From Planctomycetaceae bacterium (GTDB lineage: Bacteria; Planctomycetota; Planctomycetia; Pirellulales; UBA1268): a DNA stretch of 64,000 nt. The translations under genes were made by a program, and so were the position numbers. Positions 19,718-30,599 of this stretch are shown here, one piece after another. The notes under the pieces are model-generated. The model saw nothing but the letters and a program-made list of their open reading frames with translations. It was not told the origin of the DNA and searched no databases. The stretch spans positions 25,260 through 89,259 of the forward strand of contig WTHB01000162.1 of the NCBI GenBank assembly GCA_011523305.1, read 5' to 3'. Positions within the stretch are counted from its first letter, which is position 1; each line of letters starts with the position of its first letter.

Positions 19718-21421
19718 TTATTCCCGGCCGAGGAAGGCCCCAGTGGTTGTCGGCTGGTGACCAATGCGGTGGGTCTGCACTTCAATGAACCGCTGGGTGC
19801 CTGGCACCTCGAAGGGCTTGGTGTAGACCTGCCAGGGGCCTTTGTAATGCTTCTTCGTACTGAGTCGGTAGCCAATCGAGGCCCCCGGTTCTGGGCAGGA
19901 GAGGCTGACCTGAAATGTGGTGCCGCCATTTCGCTCGGAGACGGTTTCCTCGATTTCGGCAGCTGGGGTAGCTGGCTGCTTGCCTTCTGGCGGCCAGATG
20001 ATCTCGCGGACGAGTTTTGTCTCGGGCAGAACGAAGCCGAGGTCGCCAGTGTCGGCAATCCAAGCGTCGAGGTGCTGTCGGAGGGCAGCAATGCGTTCCT
20101 GGTGCTCAGGGGCATCAATCAGGTTGGTCACTTCCCAGGGGTCGGCCTCGGAGTCATAAAACTCTTCGGCGGGCCGCTCGGTTGCGGCGAGTTGCCACTG
20201 GCTGGGTGTCTGGGGGCCGGCCTCTTCAAGGGCATACAGTTCTGCCGTCATCGGCAACTGCTCGCGGTAGGCGTTGCGAATCAGGTAGGGGAGATTCGTC
20301 ACAAAGTTTTTTGTGTAGCGGAACCGACCGTCGGAGACTGTGCGACTGCGATCATAGACCGAGTCAAACCGGTCCGCGTTGGCATAGGCGTGGCCGCGGC
20401 GGTAGTCGGCCCGCTCACTGGCAAACCGCCCCAGGAACGGCGTGCCATCGAGACGCGGGTCAGGCTCAATCCCGGCCAGCGAGAGGGTTGCTGGCCCGAA
20501 GTCGATGAAACTGACGACCCGGCTGTTGCGACGGCCCGCGTCTTGGCCGTTGGGATACTGCACAATCAGCGGCACCCGGGTGCCCGTATCGAAGCAGGAC
20601 CGCTTGCCCCGAGGGAGACCAACGCCATGATCACTGAAGAAGATCACCACAGTGCTCTCAGTGAGACCAGCCCGTTCCAGTTCATCCAGCTTCTTGCCTA
20701 CCCAGCCGTCCATTTCAGCAATGTTGTTGTAGGTGCGGGCAACAGCATCGCGAACGTGGGCTGTGTCAGGGTAGAAGGGCGGCAGTGGAACATCCTCTGG
20801 GGCGACCACTTGGGGCCGCTGTTTGGCTTTGGGAAAGCCCTGGCTTTCATGCGTGCCCGAATAATTGAAGACCGCGAAGAACGGCTGGCCGTCGCCTCGG
20901 TTCTTCCAGTGTGCCTTGCTGCTTGATTCATCCCAAACCGTAACCGGCTCCTTGAACTGGTAGTCCTTTTTGGAGGCGTTCGTGCAGTAGTAGCCGGCTG
21001 CTCGAAGGTGCTCGGGGAAGCAGCGGACGAAGGCCGGCGGCAGGCCCTCATAGCCGGGGATGTCTTTGTATGCCTCGGGGTCTTTGGCAACGGCTGATGA
21101 ACTCGGTTTGCCATTTCGCATCTGCATCGTCCCGATGCGGGTACAGAACATGCCGGTAATCAGTGATGACCGAGCAGGGGCACAGACCGGCGAGGTGGCA
21201 AAGGCGTTGTCGTAGACGACACCCTCGCGGGCGAGTCGGTCGAGGTTCGGTGTCGGAACGGTGGTGTCACCATACGGGCCGATCCAGGGGCTCATGTCCT
21301 CGACCGAAAGCCAGAGGATATTTGGGCGGGATTCACGGGTAGCAGCACCCGCTTGGGTCACACCTGCTGCGAAAACAGTGAAGAAAAGAAGAATGCTGAG
21401 GCGGAGTGGGCATGATCGCAT
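19718..21421 (-). CDS. Sulfatase with C-terminal Fn3/chitobiase-like extension
   Basis: PNILWLSVED, CAPARSSLITG and SDHG; C-terminal VSLSCPEPGASIGY...WQVYTKPF. Confidence 0.93.
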   Translation of the reverse strand: MRSCPLRLSILLFFTVFAAGVTQAGAATRESRPNILWLSVEDMSPWIGPYGDTTVPTPNLDRLAREGVVYDNAFATSPVCAPARSSLITGMFCTRIGTMQMRNGKPSSSAVAKDPEAYKDIPGYEGLPPAFVRCFPEHLRAAGYYCTNASKKDYQFKEPVTVWDESSSKAHWKNRGDGQPFFAVFNYSGTHESQGFPKAKQRPQVVAPEDVPLPPFYPDTAHVRDAVARTYNNIAEMDGWVGKKLDELERAGLTESTVVIFFSDHGVGLPRGKRSCFDTGTRVPLIVQYPNGQDAGRRNSRVVSFIDFGPATLSLAGIEPDPRLDGTPFLGRFASERADYRRGHAYANADRFDSVYDRSRTVSDGRFRYTKNFVTNLPYLIRNAYREQLPMTAELYALEEAGPQTPSQWQLAATERPAEEFYDSEADPWEVTNLIDAPEHQERIAALRQHLDAWIADTGDLGFVLPETKLVREIIWPPEGKQPATPAAEIEETVSERNGGTTFQVSLSCPEPGASIGYRLSTKKHYKGPWQVYTKPFEVPGTQRFIEVQTHRIGHQPTTTGAFLGRE

Positions 21422-21669
21422 GAGCAAAAGTCCTCGTGGAAGCGGAGAAGACAGTGGCACGAGTATACCGCTTGCGGTCCTTCAACGTCGTGGCGGTTGC
21501 GACACCCCTGGGGCGATGGCCGCGGTAGCCTAGGATGGCAGCGCTCACCGCAGGGTGGTTGCCAAGGTATGCTCGTGAAGCAATTCGTGTTCACGAATCT
21601 GGCTGGCAAAGGCCTGCCTCTGACATGTCAGGTCTGGCAAGCGATGACTGGACTGGAGGTTGCGCCGCT

Positions 21670-21700
21670 AGTCAGCGCGTAATGCCAGTCAGCGCGTAAT
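21670..21700. repeat. Perfect 14-bp direct repeat AGTCAGCGCGTAAT x2 (17-bp period)
   Basis: Copies at 21670-21683 and 21687-21700, in the divergent intergenic region upstream of fcl. Confidence 0.85.
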
Positions 21701-21794
21701 TTAGCGAGAGCGATTCTTTCGGCGAGTTGCTGTTGTCATTGCCGGGTAAGACTTTTTATCTTGCAGGACATTAGGTTCTCTGGAAACTTCAACT

Positions 21795-22736
21795 ATGGCA
21801 CTTGACCTTACAGGCTGTACTGTCGCCGTGACCGGTGGTGCTGGGTTTTTGGGCCAGGCTGTCCTAGAGCGGCTTGCAGCCCGGGGCGTTGCCCGTGTCA
21901 CGGTTCCACGGCGGCAGGATTACGATCTCGTTCATGAGGGAGATGTCATTCGGATGTACGATGACTTCCAGCCAGATGTGGTGTTGCATCTTGCTGGCGA
22001 GGTCGGTGGTATTGGGGCGAATCGTGCCAACCCGGGTCGATACTTCTACGCCAACATGGCGATGGCCCTCAACTTGATCGAGCAGGCTCGGGCACGCGGA
22101 ATCCGTAAATTTATTCAGGTTGGAACGATCTGTGCCTATCCAAAGTTTACGCCGGTGCCATTTCATGAAGATGCACTCTGGGAGGGGTATCCTGAAGAGA
22201 CGAACGCCCCGTATGGCATCGCCAAAAAGGCCGCCCTTGTCATGCTCGATGGTTACCGCAGACAGTACGGATTGGCGAGCACGTATCTCTTGCCAGTCAA
22301 TCTCTATGGCCCGCATGACAATTTTGATCCAGGGAGTTCCCATGTTATTCCGGCCTTGATCCGGAAGTGTGAGGCTGCCCGACTGGAGGGACGCGACCAT
22401 ATTGAATGTTGGGGTACTGGATCAGCCAGCCGTGAGTTTCTTTACGTGGATGATGCGGCCGAAGGAATCGTTCGGGCAGCCGAGGTCATGGAGGAGCCCG
22501 AACCATTGAATCTTGGCACGAACCGGGAAATTTCGATTCATGATCTGGTCAAACTGATTGCCAGACTGGTGGGATTTGAGGGTGAAATTCGCTGGGATGC
22601 GTCAAAACCTGATGGCCAGCCCCGACGTTGCCTCGATGTGACGCGGGCCAGCGAACGCTTGGGCTGGAAAGCGACGGTGCCGTTTGAAGAAGGGTTGAAG
22701 CGGACCATTGCGTGGTGGCGGGCTACGAGCCAGTGA
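21795..22736 (+). CDS. fcl: GDP-L-fucose synthase
   Basis: [40 protein letters not shown] and KPDGQPRR. Confidence 0.95.
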   Translation: MALDLTGCTVAVTGGAGFLGQAVLERLAARGVARVTVPRRQDYDLVHEGDVIRMYDDFQPDVVLHLAGEVGGIGANRANPGRYFYANMAMALNLIEQARARGIRKFIQVGTICAYPKFTPVPFHEDALWEGYPEETNAPYGIAKKAALVMLDGYRRQYGLASTYLLPVNLYGPHDNFDPGSSHVIPALIRKCEAARLEGRDHIECWGTGSASREFLYVDDAAEGIVRAAEVMEEPEPLNLGTNREISIHDLVKLIARLVGFEGEIRWDASKPDGQPRRCLDVTRASERLGWKATVPFEEGLKRTIAWWRATSQ

Positions 22737-23006
22737 CTCAGTGATCCACAGCCCGCAGTTTCGGCGGTTTCCCGGTCGTGCTAAGCCACGATGTGCCGGG
22801 GGGCTAGTCAGCCACAAGGCATGTCTGATTGTCTTGCCGCGATGCCGTATTTTCATATGAACAGTAACTTAGTTTTAGACTCAGATGTCCAGGGATGTCT
22901 GCCATAGAAAATGGCGAGGCGATTAACGATGTGAAGGGTTGCCTTGGCAGCGGTGTTCGCTGGAGTCATCATGGACGTACCAGCCGTCTTTTTGGAAAAC
23001 TATTTC

Positions 23007-24698
23007 ATGAATCCACGCTTCTCCCCTTCGCACTGGTCTCGACGTGCCTTTCCGACAGTACTCGTAGGGATGCTCGCGCTGCTGTCGGCGGTGTCCGTGG
23101 CGACTGCGGCAACTCCCGCTGATGCCTTGCCAGCATTCGCCCGCTGGATCATTGCGGCTGACTATTCCAGAAACGGGTCAGTGCTGGTCACCGCTGGCGG
23201 CGAGAGCCTTCTCTACCATCCCGGCGATGTGGTGATCTGGCAGGCTGACGGCAGCCGGCTGGCTGACCTGCCGGGCCATCAGACGGCAGTCTGGGCCGTC
23301 GATATCTCTGCCGATGGAAAAACCGTAGCAACGGCGGGCTATGACGGTGTGGTCAAACTCTGGGACCTGCCTGGCCGGCAGCATCGAGCAGATTTTAAAA
23401 AACAGACGGGCTGGGTGCGGTCGCTCAGCTTTTCACCCGACGGAAGCCGCCTGGCGACGGCAGGGGAGGATGGAACCGTCGTGCTCTGGGACGTTGCCAA
23501 GAAAACGCCGGTGGCGACAGTGAAGGCCCATGACGGGCCGGTTACGGCGGTGGCCTATTCACCTGATGGAACCATGTTGGTCACCGGTGGAGGGGACCGG
23601 CTACTGAAATGCTGGAAGGCTGTTGATGGCACCGCGACAGGGCAGTGTGCTGGGCATAGTGACACGATCTGGGCCGTCGCCTTCTCGCCGGCTGGTGATC
23701 GGCTGGTGTCGGCCGGCGCTGACCGGACAGTCAGGCTGTGGGATCCTGCCACCACGAAGCCAGTGGCTACGCTCACCGGCCATAAGGATTGGGTGACCAG
23801 CATTGATTGCAATCAGGATGGCTCCCGGTTGGTCTCCGGCAGTCTTGACGGCGCCGTCAAACTCTGGGATCTGCGGGCTGCTCGTGAGCAGGAGGGGCCC
23901 AAGGCACGGCCAGTGAGTGTCTGGTGCACGCGGTTCAGCCCGGATGGAAAGTCACTGTTTATCGGAAGTCATACCGGCGGCACGATCGTGGCGACGCCAG
24001 CGGCCAAGCTGTTGCCATTGCCGCCGAGTCCGCCACAACCGGCCACTCCGCAAAAGCAAGCGAACGCAGCCTGGATGCCTCTGGTCCCGACTGCCTTCCA
24101 CAGCCTCGTCGGCGCGACGGCCACGATCGCCGCCGATGGTACCGTGATGGTGGCCGGCGCGAAGGGACAGGACACCTACACGCTGACCGCAGCGTTACCA
24201 GCCGGAAGAACTTTGCAGAGGCTGCGGCTTGAGGTCCTCCCTGATCCAGCGTTGCCAGCGCAGGGACCCGGCCGGGCCGGCAACGGCAACTTTGTGCTCA
24301 GCGAATTAAGCCTGAAGGTTGCGGCGGCTGGAGGCGGTGAGCCGGTAGCGCCGGTGAAGCTAGTCGGTGTGACTGCCGACTTTTCCCAGGGCGGCTGGAA
24401 CATCGCTGGGGCCATCGATGGCAACCTGGAAACGGGCTGGGGGGTCGCCGGGGGGACCGGCGCTCGGCATGCGGCGGTGTTTGAGGTCGCCAAAGAGCCT
24501 GCGGTGCCAGGGGGAGCGACGGTCTCAATTGTGGTTGATCAGCAGTATGCCGACGGCGTGCATTCCCTCGGCAAGTTTCGCCTCTCTGTCGAGCAGGTTC
24601 CCGTTTCACCACCACCGGCGAAACAGCCAAAGGCTGCCGCGGGTGCCGAAAAAGCAGCGTCGGCCGAGCAGAAGCCGGCGAAGGGTGTACAACAGTAG
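23007..24698 (+). CDS. Exported WD40-repeat protein with a C-terminal planctomycete-type beta-sandwich domain
   Basis: About 7 GH...WD repeats; Pro linker; LRLEVLPDPALPAQGPGRAGNGNFVLSE...AIDGNLETGW...SLGKFRLS. Confidence 0.88.
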   Translation: MNPRFSPSHWSRRAFPTVLVGMLALLSAVSVATAATPADALPAFARWIIAADYSRNGSVLVTAGGESLLYHPGDVVIWQADGSRLADLPGHQTAVWAVDISADGKTVATAGYDGVVKLWDLPGRQHRADFKKQTGWVRSLSFSPDGSRLATAGEDGTVVLWDVAKKTPVATVKAHDGPVTAVAYSPDGTMLVTGGGDRLLKCWKAVDGTATGQCAGHSDTIWAVAFSPAGDRLVSAGADRTVRLWDPATTKPVATLTGHKDWVTSIDCNQDGSRLVSGSLDGAVKLWDLRAAREQEGPKARPVSVWCTRFSPDGKSLFIGSHTGGTIVATPAAKLLPLPPSPPQPATPQKQANAAWMPLVPTAFHSLVGATATIAADGTVMVAGAKGQDTYTLTAALPAGRTLQRLRLEVLPDPALPAQGPGRAGNGNFVLSELSLKVAAAGGGEPVAPVKLVGVTADFSQGGWNIAGAIDGNLETGWGVAGGTGARHAAVFEVAKEPAVPGGATVSIVVDQQYADGVHSLGKFRLSVEQVPVSPPPAKQPKAAAGAEKAASAEQKPAKGVQQ

Positions 24699-24827
24699 GT
24701 GGCTCCGGGCCCGCTGCGGTTTGGCTGCTTGTTGCAGGCGTCGCTGAGGTAGCCCGTGCCGCCGAGGCAGCCGGTGGCTGCCTGGCAATCTCGTCCTCAT
24801 CACTTTCATTCTGCCAGGGCAATCACC

Positions 24828-25400
24828 ATGCATTTCCGTTCCCTCCGATTGTTGAGTCAGGGTTTCGTGATCAGTCGCCTCGGCTGGGCCGTGACAGGCT
24901 TGGTCGTCGGTGTTGTGCTCAGCAGTCGTGTTGCTCGCTGGGAGAGGAAGCCACAGGTGCTGCCGGTGGTGCAGGCCATGACGTCGCAGGCAAACGACTC
25001 GTTTGCCGTCTGTACCACGCCAATGACCTCGGGCTTGGGGGGTGGTGCCGAAGGTTTCTTCATGCTCGATTTCCTGACCGGTGATCTGTCAGGTGGACTG
25101 CTCAATCCGGCGACCGGGACCTTCGGGGTGGCCTATCGCCACAACGTGCTTGATGACCTCGGGTTTCAGCCGGGGCAGGCCAAGGAACCCACGTTTTTGC
25201 TGGTTGCGGGCCGGGCTGAACTCCGGCGGCGGGGGGCACCGGCTCTCGCACCGTCGGTACTCTATGTCACGGACTGCTCTTCTGGGGCGACTGTGGCCTA
25301 CGGCATTCCGGTGGGCACGCAACAGGGAGCGGCGGCTGGCGTGCCGCTGCCGTTGCTGCCGCTTGATATCGCCCAGCCACGTGGTGGGGCACAGCCATGA
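24828..25400 (+). CDS. Hypothetical protein (single N-terminal TM)
   Basis: ORF whose stop overlaps the thiS start (ATGA); EGFFMLDFLTGDL. Confidence 0.7.
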   Translation: MHFRSLRLLSQGFVISRLGWAVTGLVVGVVLSSRVARWERKPQVLPVVQAMTSQANDSFAVCTTPMTSGLGGGAEGFFMLDFLTGDLSGGLLNPATGTFGVAYRHNVLDDLGFQPGQAKEPTFLLVAGRAELRRRGAPALAPSVLYVTDCSSGATVAYGIPVGTQQGAAAGVPLPLLPLDIAQPRGGAQP

Positions 25401-25630
25401 CCGAACATGACGCACCATCCAACGACGAGATCATGGTGTTCGTCAATGGCGCAGAGAAGCGACTACCCGCTGGCGGCACGGCGCACGACCTGCTAACCGC
25501 AGTCGGCTTGGCTGGCCGGCCTGTGGCGGTCGAAGTCAATGAAGTTGTTGTTCCCCGGGCAGCTCTGGGTGAGCGGATACTCGAAGATCAGGATCGGCTG
25601 GAGATCGTCACCCTCGTTGGGGGCGGCTGA
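25397..25630 (+). CDS. thiS: Sulfur carrier protein ThiS
   Basis: VNG...[11 protein letters not shown]...[10 protein letters not shown] with C-terminal GG; directly upstream of thiG. Confidence 0.95.
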   Translation: MTEHDAPSNDEIMVFVNGAEKRLPAGGTAHDLLTAVGLAGRPVAVEVNEVVVPRAALGERILEDQDRLEIVTLVGGG

Positions 25631-25692
25631 GGAACGTCGGCGAAGCAGTGAAGAGAAGCATGCAGGAACAGGGTGGAGAGCGAGACGGACGG

Positions 25693-26562
25693 ATGACAGA
25701 CGCAGGACTGAATGATGCCGCAGGGACGCCAGCCGGTGCGGCGGCTTTGCAGGTGGGAGCGTTTACCCTTGCCAGCCGACTGGTCGTGGGCACGGGGAAA
25801 TACGCGTCGTACGCTGAGATGGCCCGCTGCCTCGAGGCCAGTGGCACAGACTGTGTCACCGTGGCTGTCCGGCGGGAACGGCTGTTAAACGCCGCCGGCG
25901 AAAACATTCTCGACCACCTTGATCTGTCGCGGTACACGCTGCTGCCCAATACGGCCGGCTGTTTTTCGGCAACCGATGCGGTGCGGGTCGCGCGGCTTGG
26001 CCGGGAGTTACTTCGCGACCTTGGTAACGCTGGCAGCGAGTGGGTGAAGTTGGAGGTCCTCGGCGATCAGAAGACGCTGCTGCCCGATCCGGTCGGCACC
26101 CTTGAGGCGACCGAGCAGTTGGTGGCCGACGGCTTTTCCGTGCTGGTCTACACCAGTGATGATCCGATTGTGGCCCGGCGGTTGAAGGACCTCGGTGCAG
26201 CCAGCGTGATGCCGGCTGGCAGTCCCATTGGCTCAGGTCAGGGCGTTCTCAATGCCAATAACCTGTCAATCTGCCTGGAATACCTGAAGGACGGCGACCC
26301 GGATTATCCGGTCATCGTTGATGCTGGTGTCGGCACGGCAAGTGATGTTGCAGCAGCGATGGAATTGGGAGTTGATGGCGTGCTCCTCAATACGGCGATT
26401 GCCCATGCCGCCGACCCGTTGCGGATGGCGCGGGCGATGCGAGCTGCCTGTGACGCAGGCCGGGACGCTTTCTTGGCAGGCCGTATTCCCCGGAAACGGT
26501 ACGCCACGGCATCGAGCCCCGAGACCGACAGAATTACACCAGCCGCCCTCTCGCCGAACTGA
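25693..26562 (+). CDS. thiG: Thiazole synthase
   Basis: [35 protein letters not shown] and DAGVG. Confidence 0.97.
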   Translation: MTDAGLNDAAGTPAGAAALQVGAFTLASRLVVGTGKYASYAEMARCLEASGTDCVTVAVRRERLLNAAGENILDHLDLSRYTLLPNTAGCFSATDAVRVARLGRELLRDLGNAGSEWVKLEVLGDQKTLLPDPVGTLEATEQLVADGFSVLVYTSDDPIVARRLKDLGAASVMPAGSPIGSGQGVLNANNLSICLEYLKDGDPDYPVIVDAGVGTASDVAAAMELGVDGVLLNTAIAHAADPLRMARAMRAACDAGRDAFLAGRIPRKRYATASSPETDRITPAALSPN

Positions 26563-26567
26563 ACTAC

Positions 26568-27359
26568 ATGCTTGCCACCCGGATCATTCCCTGTCTCGAT
26601 GTCGAAAAAGGTCGTGTTGTCAAAGGCACGAAGTTTCTTGAACTGGTCGATGCAGGTGATCCCGTTGCTGTTGCTGCACGGTATGAAGCGGAGGGGGCTG
26701 ACGAACTGGTCTTTCTCGACATCACAGCGAGCCACGAAGGCCGAGCGATCATGCTGGACATGGTGCGGCGGGTGGCAGAGACGATTTTCATGCCGTTTAC
26801 TGTTGGGGGTGGCATCCGCACGCTGGACGACGCTGTTGAACTCGTGCATGCGGGCGCTGAAAAAGTGAGCATCAACTCGGCGGCGGTCAAAACCCCTGAG
26901 TTGGTGACGGCGGTTGCCGATCGACTGGGGAGTTGCGCGACAGTGGTCAACATCGACCCCAAACGCGTCCGTCGAGATGGCCGCGAGGTCTGGGAGGTCT
27001 TTGTCAACGGTGGCCGGGTACCGACTGGGCTGGACGCGGTCGACTGGGCGCGAAGGGTTGAGTCGCTCGGAGCGGGGGAGATCGTGCTAACCTGCATGGA
27101 CCGGGACGGTACCCGCGACGGCTACGATCTGGAGATGACCGCTGCGGTTAGCCAGGCAGTTGGCATCCCGGTGGTGGCCTCTGGCGGGGCAGGGCGGCCC
27201 GAGCATTTGGCCGATGCGATCGAGCACGGGAAGGCAGATGCCGTGCTGGCCGCTGGGATCTTCCATTTTGGGGTCTGTTCGATCGCCGAGGTGAAGGCAC
27301 TGCTGGCCTCCCGGGGAATTCCGGTGCGGCCGGTGGTGGCAGCCACCCCAGCAGGCTAG
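26568..27359 (+). CDS. hisF: Imidazole glycerol phosphate synthase subunit HisF
   Basis: [33 protein letters not shown] and ASGGAG. Confidence 0.97.
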   Translation: MLATRIIPCLDVEKGRVVKGTKFLELVDAGDPVAVAARYEAEGADELVFLDITASHEGRAIMLDMVRRVAETIFMPFTVGGGIRTLDDAVELVHAGAEKVSINSAAVKTPELVTAVADRLGSCATVVNIDPKRVRRDGREVWEVFVNGGRVPTGLDAVDWARRVESLGAGEIVLTCMDRDGTRDGYDLEMTAAVSQAVGIPVVASGGAGRPEHLADAIEHGKADAVLAAGIFHFGVCSIAEVKALLASRGIPVRPVVAATPAG

Positions 27360-27469
27360 GGGTCTGCCGCAGTCGGTTTGGCCGTTGTCAGGCTGTCGAT
27401 TATCGTGATGATCCGTAGGAATGTCCGCCGGAGGGTCGGTGGGGTCCTCAACAATCCAGGGGTGATGAC

Positions 27470-28639
27470 ATGCTCGATGCCAAACCGGAAGGCAACCCGC
27501 CCGAGGCGTCCTTCGTTGCGGACGAGGCGACACCGACACCGGTGGCCGCTGGGAAGGGCGATCGGTTGGAGATCGACCGCTACTTTGAGGCGCTGGTCAA
27601 ACTGAATGGCTCCGACCTGCACCTGAAGTCAGGGCAGCCGCCGTACATGCGGGTCAAAGGCGCGCTTCAGCCCCTGAAGTCCCCGCCGATCAGTAAGGAG
27701 AAGATGCAGGAGATCTGCTTTCCGATGCTTGATGATCGGCAGCGGAAGATTCTGGCTGATGAGGGCGGGGCTGACTTCGCACACAGTGCGGTGGTGGATG
27801 GAACCAAGTGGCGTTTCCGGGTGAATCTGCTTTACCAGATGGGTGCACTAGGCATGGTTGCCCGAAAGGTTAACAACACCATTCCGAACTTTGAGAAGTT
27901 GTTTCTGCCGTCGGCCATCGAACGGCTCTGTACCCTTGATCAGGGCATGGTTCTGCTGGCTGGGGTGACGGGGTCAGGCAAGAGTACGACGATCGGGTCG
28001 ATGCTCAACTACATCAACCGCAACTACCGCAAGCACATCCTGACCCTTGAGGATCCAATTGAGTTTGTCTTCACCGAAGAGAAGTGCCTGATCAACCAGC
28101 GGGAGATCGGCACGGACGTGAAGAACTTTGAGATCGGCATGAAGCATGCCGTGCGAGAAGATCCGGACATCATCCTCGTGGGTGAGCTTCGTGACGTTGA
28201 TACCTTCAAGACGGCGATTCATGCCGCCGAGACCGGCCACCTTGTCTATGGGACCATCCACGCCTCAAATGCGCCGAGTACAATCTCGCGAATCCTCGAC
28301 CTGTTTCCCCAGGAAGAGCATGCGGCGATTCGCAGTGCCATCGCCTTCAACATGAAGGGCATCGTTGCCCAGAAGCTGCTCAAGTCAATCAGGGAGGGTG
28401 TTGCCCGCGTGCCGGTTGTGGAGTTGATGTTTATCGATGTGCTGGTGCGTAAATACGTGCTGGAGGAGCAAGAGCATCTGCTCGCTGACCATATTCGCAA
28501 GTCGGCCAAGGATGGAATGCAAGATTTCACGATGAGCCTCAAGAGCCTGATTGACCAGGAATTGATCGATCGGCAGGCGGCCCTAGAGATCGCGCCGAAC
28601 CGCGAGGCGTTGCAGATGGCATTGAAGGGCATTGTCTAA
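27470..28639 (+). CDS. pilT: PilT/PilU family type IV pilus retraction ATPase
   Basis: SDLHL, Walker A GVTGSGKST, EDPIE, EDPDIILVGELRD, AAETGHLVYGTIH and GMQ. Confidence 0.92.
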   Translation: MLDAKPEGNPPEASFVADEATPTPVAAGKGDRLEIDRYFEALVKLNGSDLHLKSGQPPYMRVKGALQPLKSPPISKEKMQEICFPMLDDRQRKILADEGGADFAHSAVVDGTKWRFRVNLLYQMGALGMVARKVNNTIPNFEKLFLPSAIERLCTLDQGMVLLAGVTGSGKSTTIGSMLNYINRNYRKHILTLEDPIEFVFTEEKCLINQREIGTDVKNFEIGMKHAVREDPDIILVGELRDVDTFKTAIHAAETGHLVYGTIHASNAPSTISRILDLFPQEEHAAIRSAIAFNMKGIVAQKLLKSIREGVARVPVVELMFIDVLVRKYVLEEQEHLLADHIRKSAKDGMQDFTMSLKSLIDQELIDRQAALEIAPNREALQMALKGIV

Positions 28640-28712
28640 AGCAGCGGCCAGCCCGTGGGGGCGTCTGATGCCAAGGAGAAGGAAGCAGAGCGTGACGGAC
28701 GTGAGAGAGAAC

Positions 28713-30581
28713 ATGGTTTCACGGCGGCAGTTTGGCCGCTGGTTGCTGGTGCTGGCATGTCTCGGCGTGACAGTCACGCCGAGTTCGAATGCCTGGGCAC
28801 AAAACAAGGACAAAAAGCCACCTGCGAACAAGCAAACTGACCCAAAAGTTGCTGAGGGAGAGGGTGAAGATGCTGCGCAGAAGGAGCCTGTTCCCCTCAA
28901 ACTCGAGGTGGACGCGCTGATTGTGCCCGGAATCATCATGGGCGTGATCAGCCTGCTCTGGGCCTGTTCAAGCGTCTGGATTGTTAAAGATGCCCGCAGG
29001 CAGGGATTGGGCAGCAAAAAATGGAAGAAGATCGTTGTGGCACCCTACGCCGTGCTGGCCGTGGGGCTGCTTGCCTGTGTCGGTCTGAATTGGACGGACT
29101 ATGCCTTTTTGGAGGCGGGCGGTCTTTCGCTGGGGGTCGGTCTGTTGGCGGCTGTCTGGCTGATGCCGCTGGTGCTCTATCTGGTGGCTCGAAACCGTGC
29201 ACTCAATGACACTGGAGAAGTGGTGGCCGCCCCGCCAGAGGTCACCCTAGTCGCCACCTGCCGTGAGGTGCCGGAAGAAAATGCCCTGCTCGTGGAAAAG
29301 CTCTCGGAAAACGCCGAGATCAGGGATCTGATCAAAATTCTGGCCGATGGCGTCTTCGCCCGTACGCCGAGCATTCTGCTCGACCTCGCCCAGGGTGGGC
29401 TCCATGTGCGGCATGACATTGATGGGGTCAAACTGCCGGTACGAATCCTTGAGAGCGGCTCCCTGGAAAAGAAGAGTAGCAAAAACAATCCTGAGATCTG
29501 GGGTGATGCGTCACCGGTTGATGGTGTCATCGGTGAAAAGATTCTGGTGATGCTCCTGCGGCTGGCGGGCTTGTCGCCAAAGAAGCGGGGACGGCCCCAG
29601 GAGGGCAGCTTTCTGATCACCGCTGATGGCAAGGAGCGTGCCTGCCAACTGCGAACGAAAATCATCAAGGGGCATGAGCAGTTTGTGGTCGACCTGGCGA
29701 CCCCACCGCCGAAGTTCAAAACTGCAGAAGACTTGGGCATGCCCGCCGCCATGCTGGAGCAGTTGCAGCAACTGGTCAACCTGCAGCGTGGTTTGGTGAT
29801 CGTCACCGCCCCGTCTGGCAACGGGCTCTCGACACTCTTGGACATGACGGTGACAGCGGCGGATCGGCTGATGCGGGACTTTGTGTCGATTGAAGAGGCT
29901 CATGAAGCCACCACTGATATCCAGAATGTCAAGGTCCAGAAGTACGATCTTGCCGCCGGTGAGACGGCTGTCGAGGCGGTGGAAAAGGCGGCCCTCTCCT
30001 ACCCCAGCGGGTTTGTCATCAGGCAACTTGCTGACCCCGAACTGGCCGCAGACCTCGTCAAGCGGGCGCTTGAGGACAAGATGGTGATTGTCAGCGTGCC
30101 AGCCGAGGACAGCCTCGATGCCATCAGCAAAATACTTGACTTGGGGATTTCACCGAGCGATCTGGCCCGCTGTTATCTGGGCTCGGTCTGTCAGAAGTTG
30201 GTGCGAAAGCTCTGTCCGCGGTGCGCTGAGGAACAAGAGACTCCGCTGCCGCTGCTCGACAAATTCGGCAAGTCAGCCGAAGAGGTGCCGCACATCAAGA
30301 CGGCCTCCCCGCACGGCGGCTGCCGGTTCTGTTCCGGGCGGGGCTACCTGGGCCGGACCGGAGCCTTTGAACTGGCGACCGGCATGCCGTTGAAAAAAGA
30401 AATCGCCCGCCGGGCAGGCAGTGCTGACCTGCGGAAGGCGGCGGCCCAGTCAGGCTATGTGCCGATGCGGGAGCAGGGGATGGATCTGGTGCTCGCTGGT
30501 GTCACCGCGCTTGAGGAGATGCAGCGAGTCTTTGCCAGCAAAAAGAAGAGCCAGGCGGGCAGAGCCCGCTCACGGGCGTAG
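28713..30581 (+). CDS. GspE/PilB-like ATPase-fold protein with N-terminal signal/TM segments; Walker motifs degenerate
   Basis: QKLVRKLCPRC...CRFCSGRGYLGRTGAFE and GVTALEE are PilB-like; Walker A reads APSGNGLST and Walker B reads YPSGFVIRQLAD. Confidence 0.85.
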   Translation: MVSRRQFGRWLLVLACLGVTVTPSSNAWAQNKDKKPPANKQTDPKVAEGEGEDAAQKEPVPLKLEVDALIVPGIIMGVISLLWACSSVWIVKDARRQGLGSKKWKKIVVAPYAVLAVGLLACVGLNWTDYAFLEAGGLSLGVGLLAAVWLMPLVLYLVARNRALNDTGEVVAAPPEVTLVATCREVPEENALLVEKLSENAEIRDLIKILADGVFARTPSILLDLAQGGLHVRHDIDGVKLPVRILESGSLEKKSSKNNPEIWGDASPVDGVIGEKILVMLLRLAGLSPKKRGRPQEGSFLITADGKERACQLRTKIIKGHEQFVVDLATPPPKFKTAEDLGMPAAMLEQLQQLVNLQRGLVIVTAPSGNGLSTLLDMTVTAADRLMRDFVSIEEAHEATTDIQNVKVQKYDLAAGETAVEAVEKAALSYPSGFVIRQLADPELAADLVKRALEDKMVIVSVPAEDSLDAISKILDLGISPSDLARCYLGSVCQKLVRKLCPRCAEEQETPLPLLDKFGKSAEEVPHIKTASPHGGCRFCSGRGYLGRTGAFELATGMPLKKEIARRAGSADLRKAAAQSGYVPMREQGMDLVLAGVTALEEMQRVFASKKKSQAGRARSRA

Positions 30582-30599
30582 CAGCCAGACGGCAGATTC

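Noticed and set aside
21430-21790. Sigma54 -24/-12 promoter (tggcaaaggcctgc, tggcacgagtatacc)
   Set aside because: GG-to-GC spacing is not the required 10 nt.
24699-24827. TPP riboswitch upstream of the hypothetical-thiS-thiG operon (gctgaggtagccc; hairpin aggcagcc-ggt-ggctgcct)
   Set aside because: Only a partial CUGAG match; the downstream ACCUGAU...UAAUGC...AGG core is absent.
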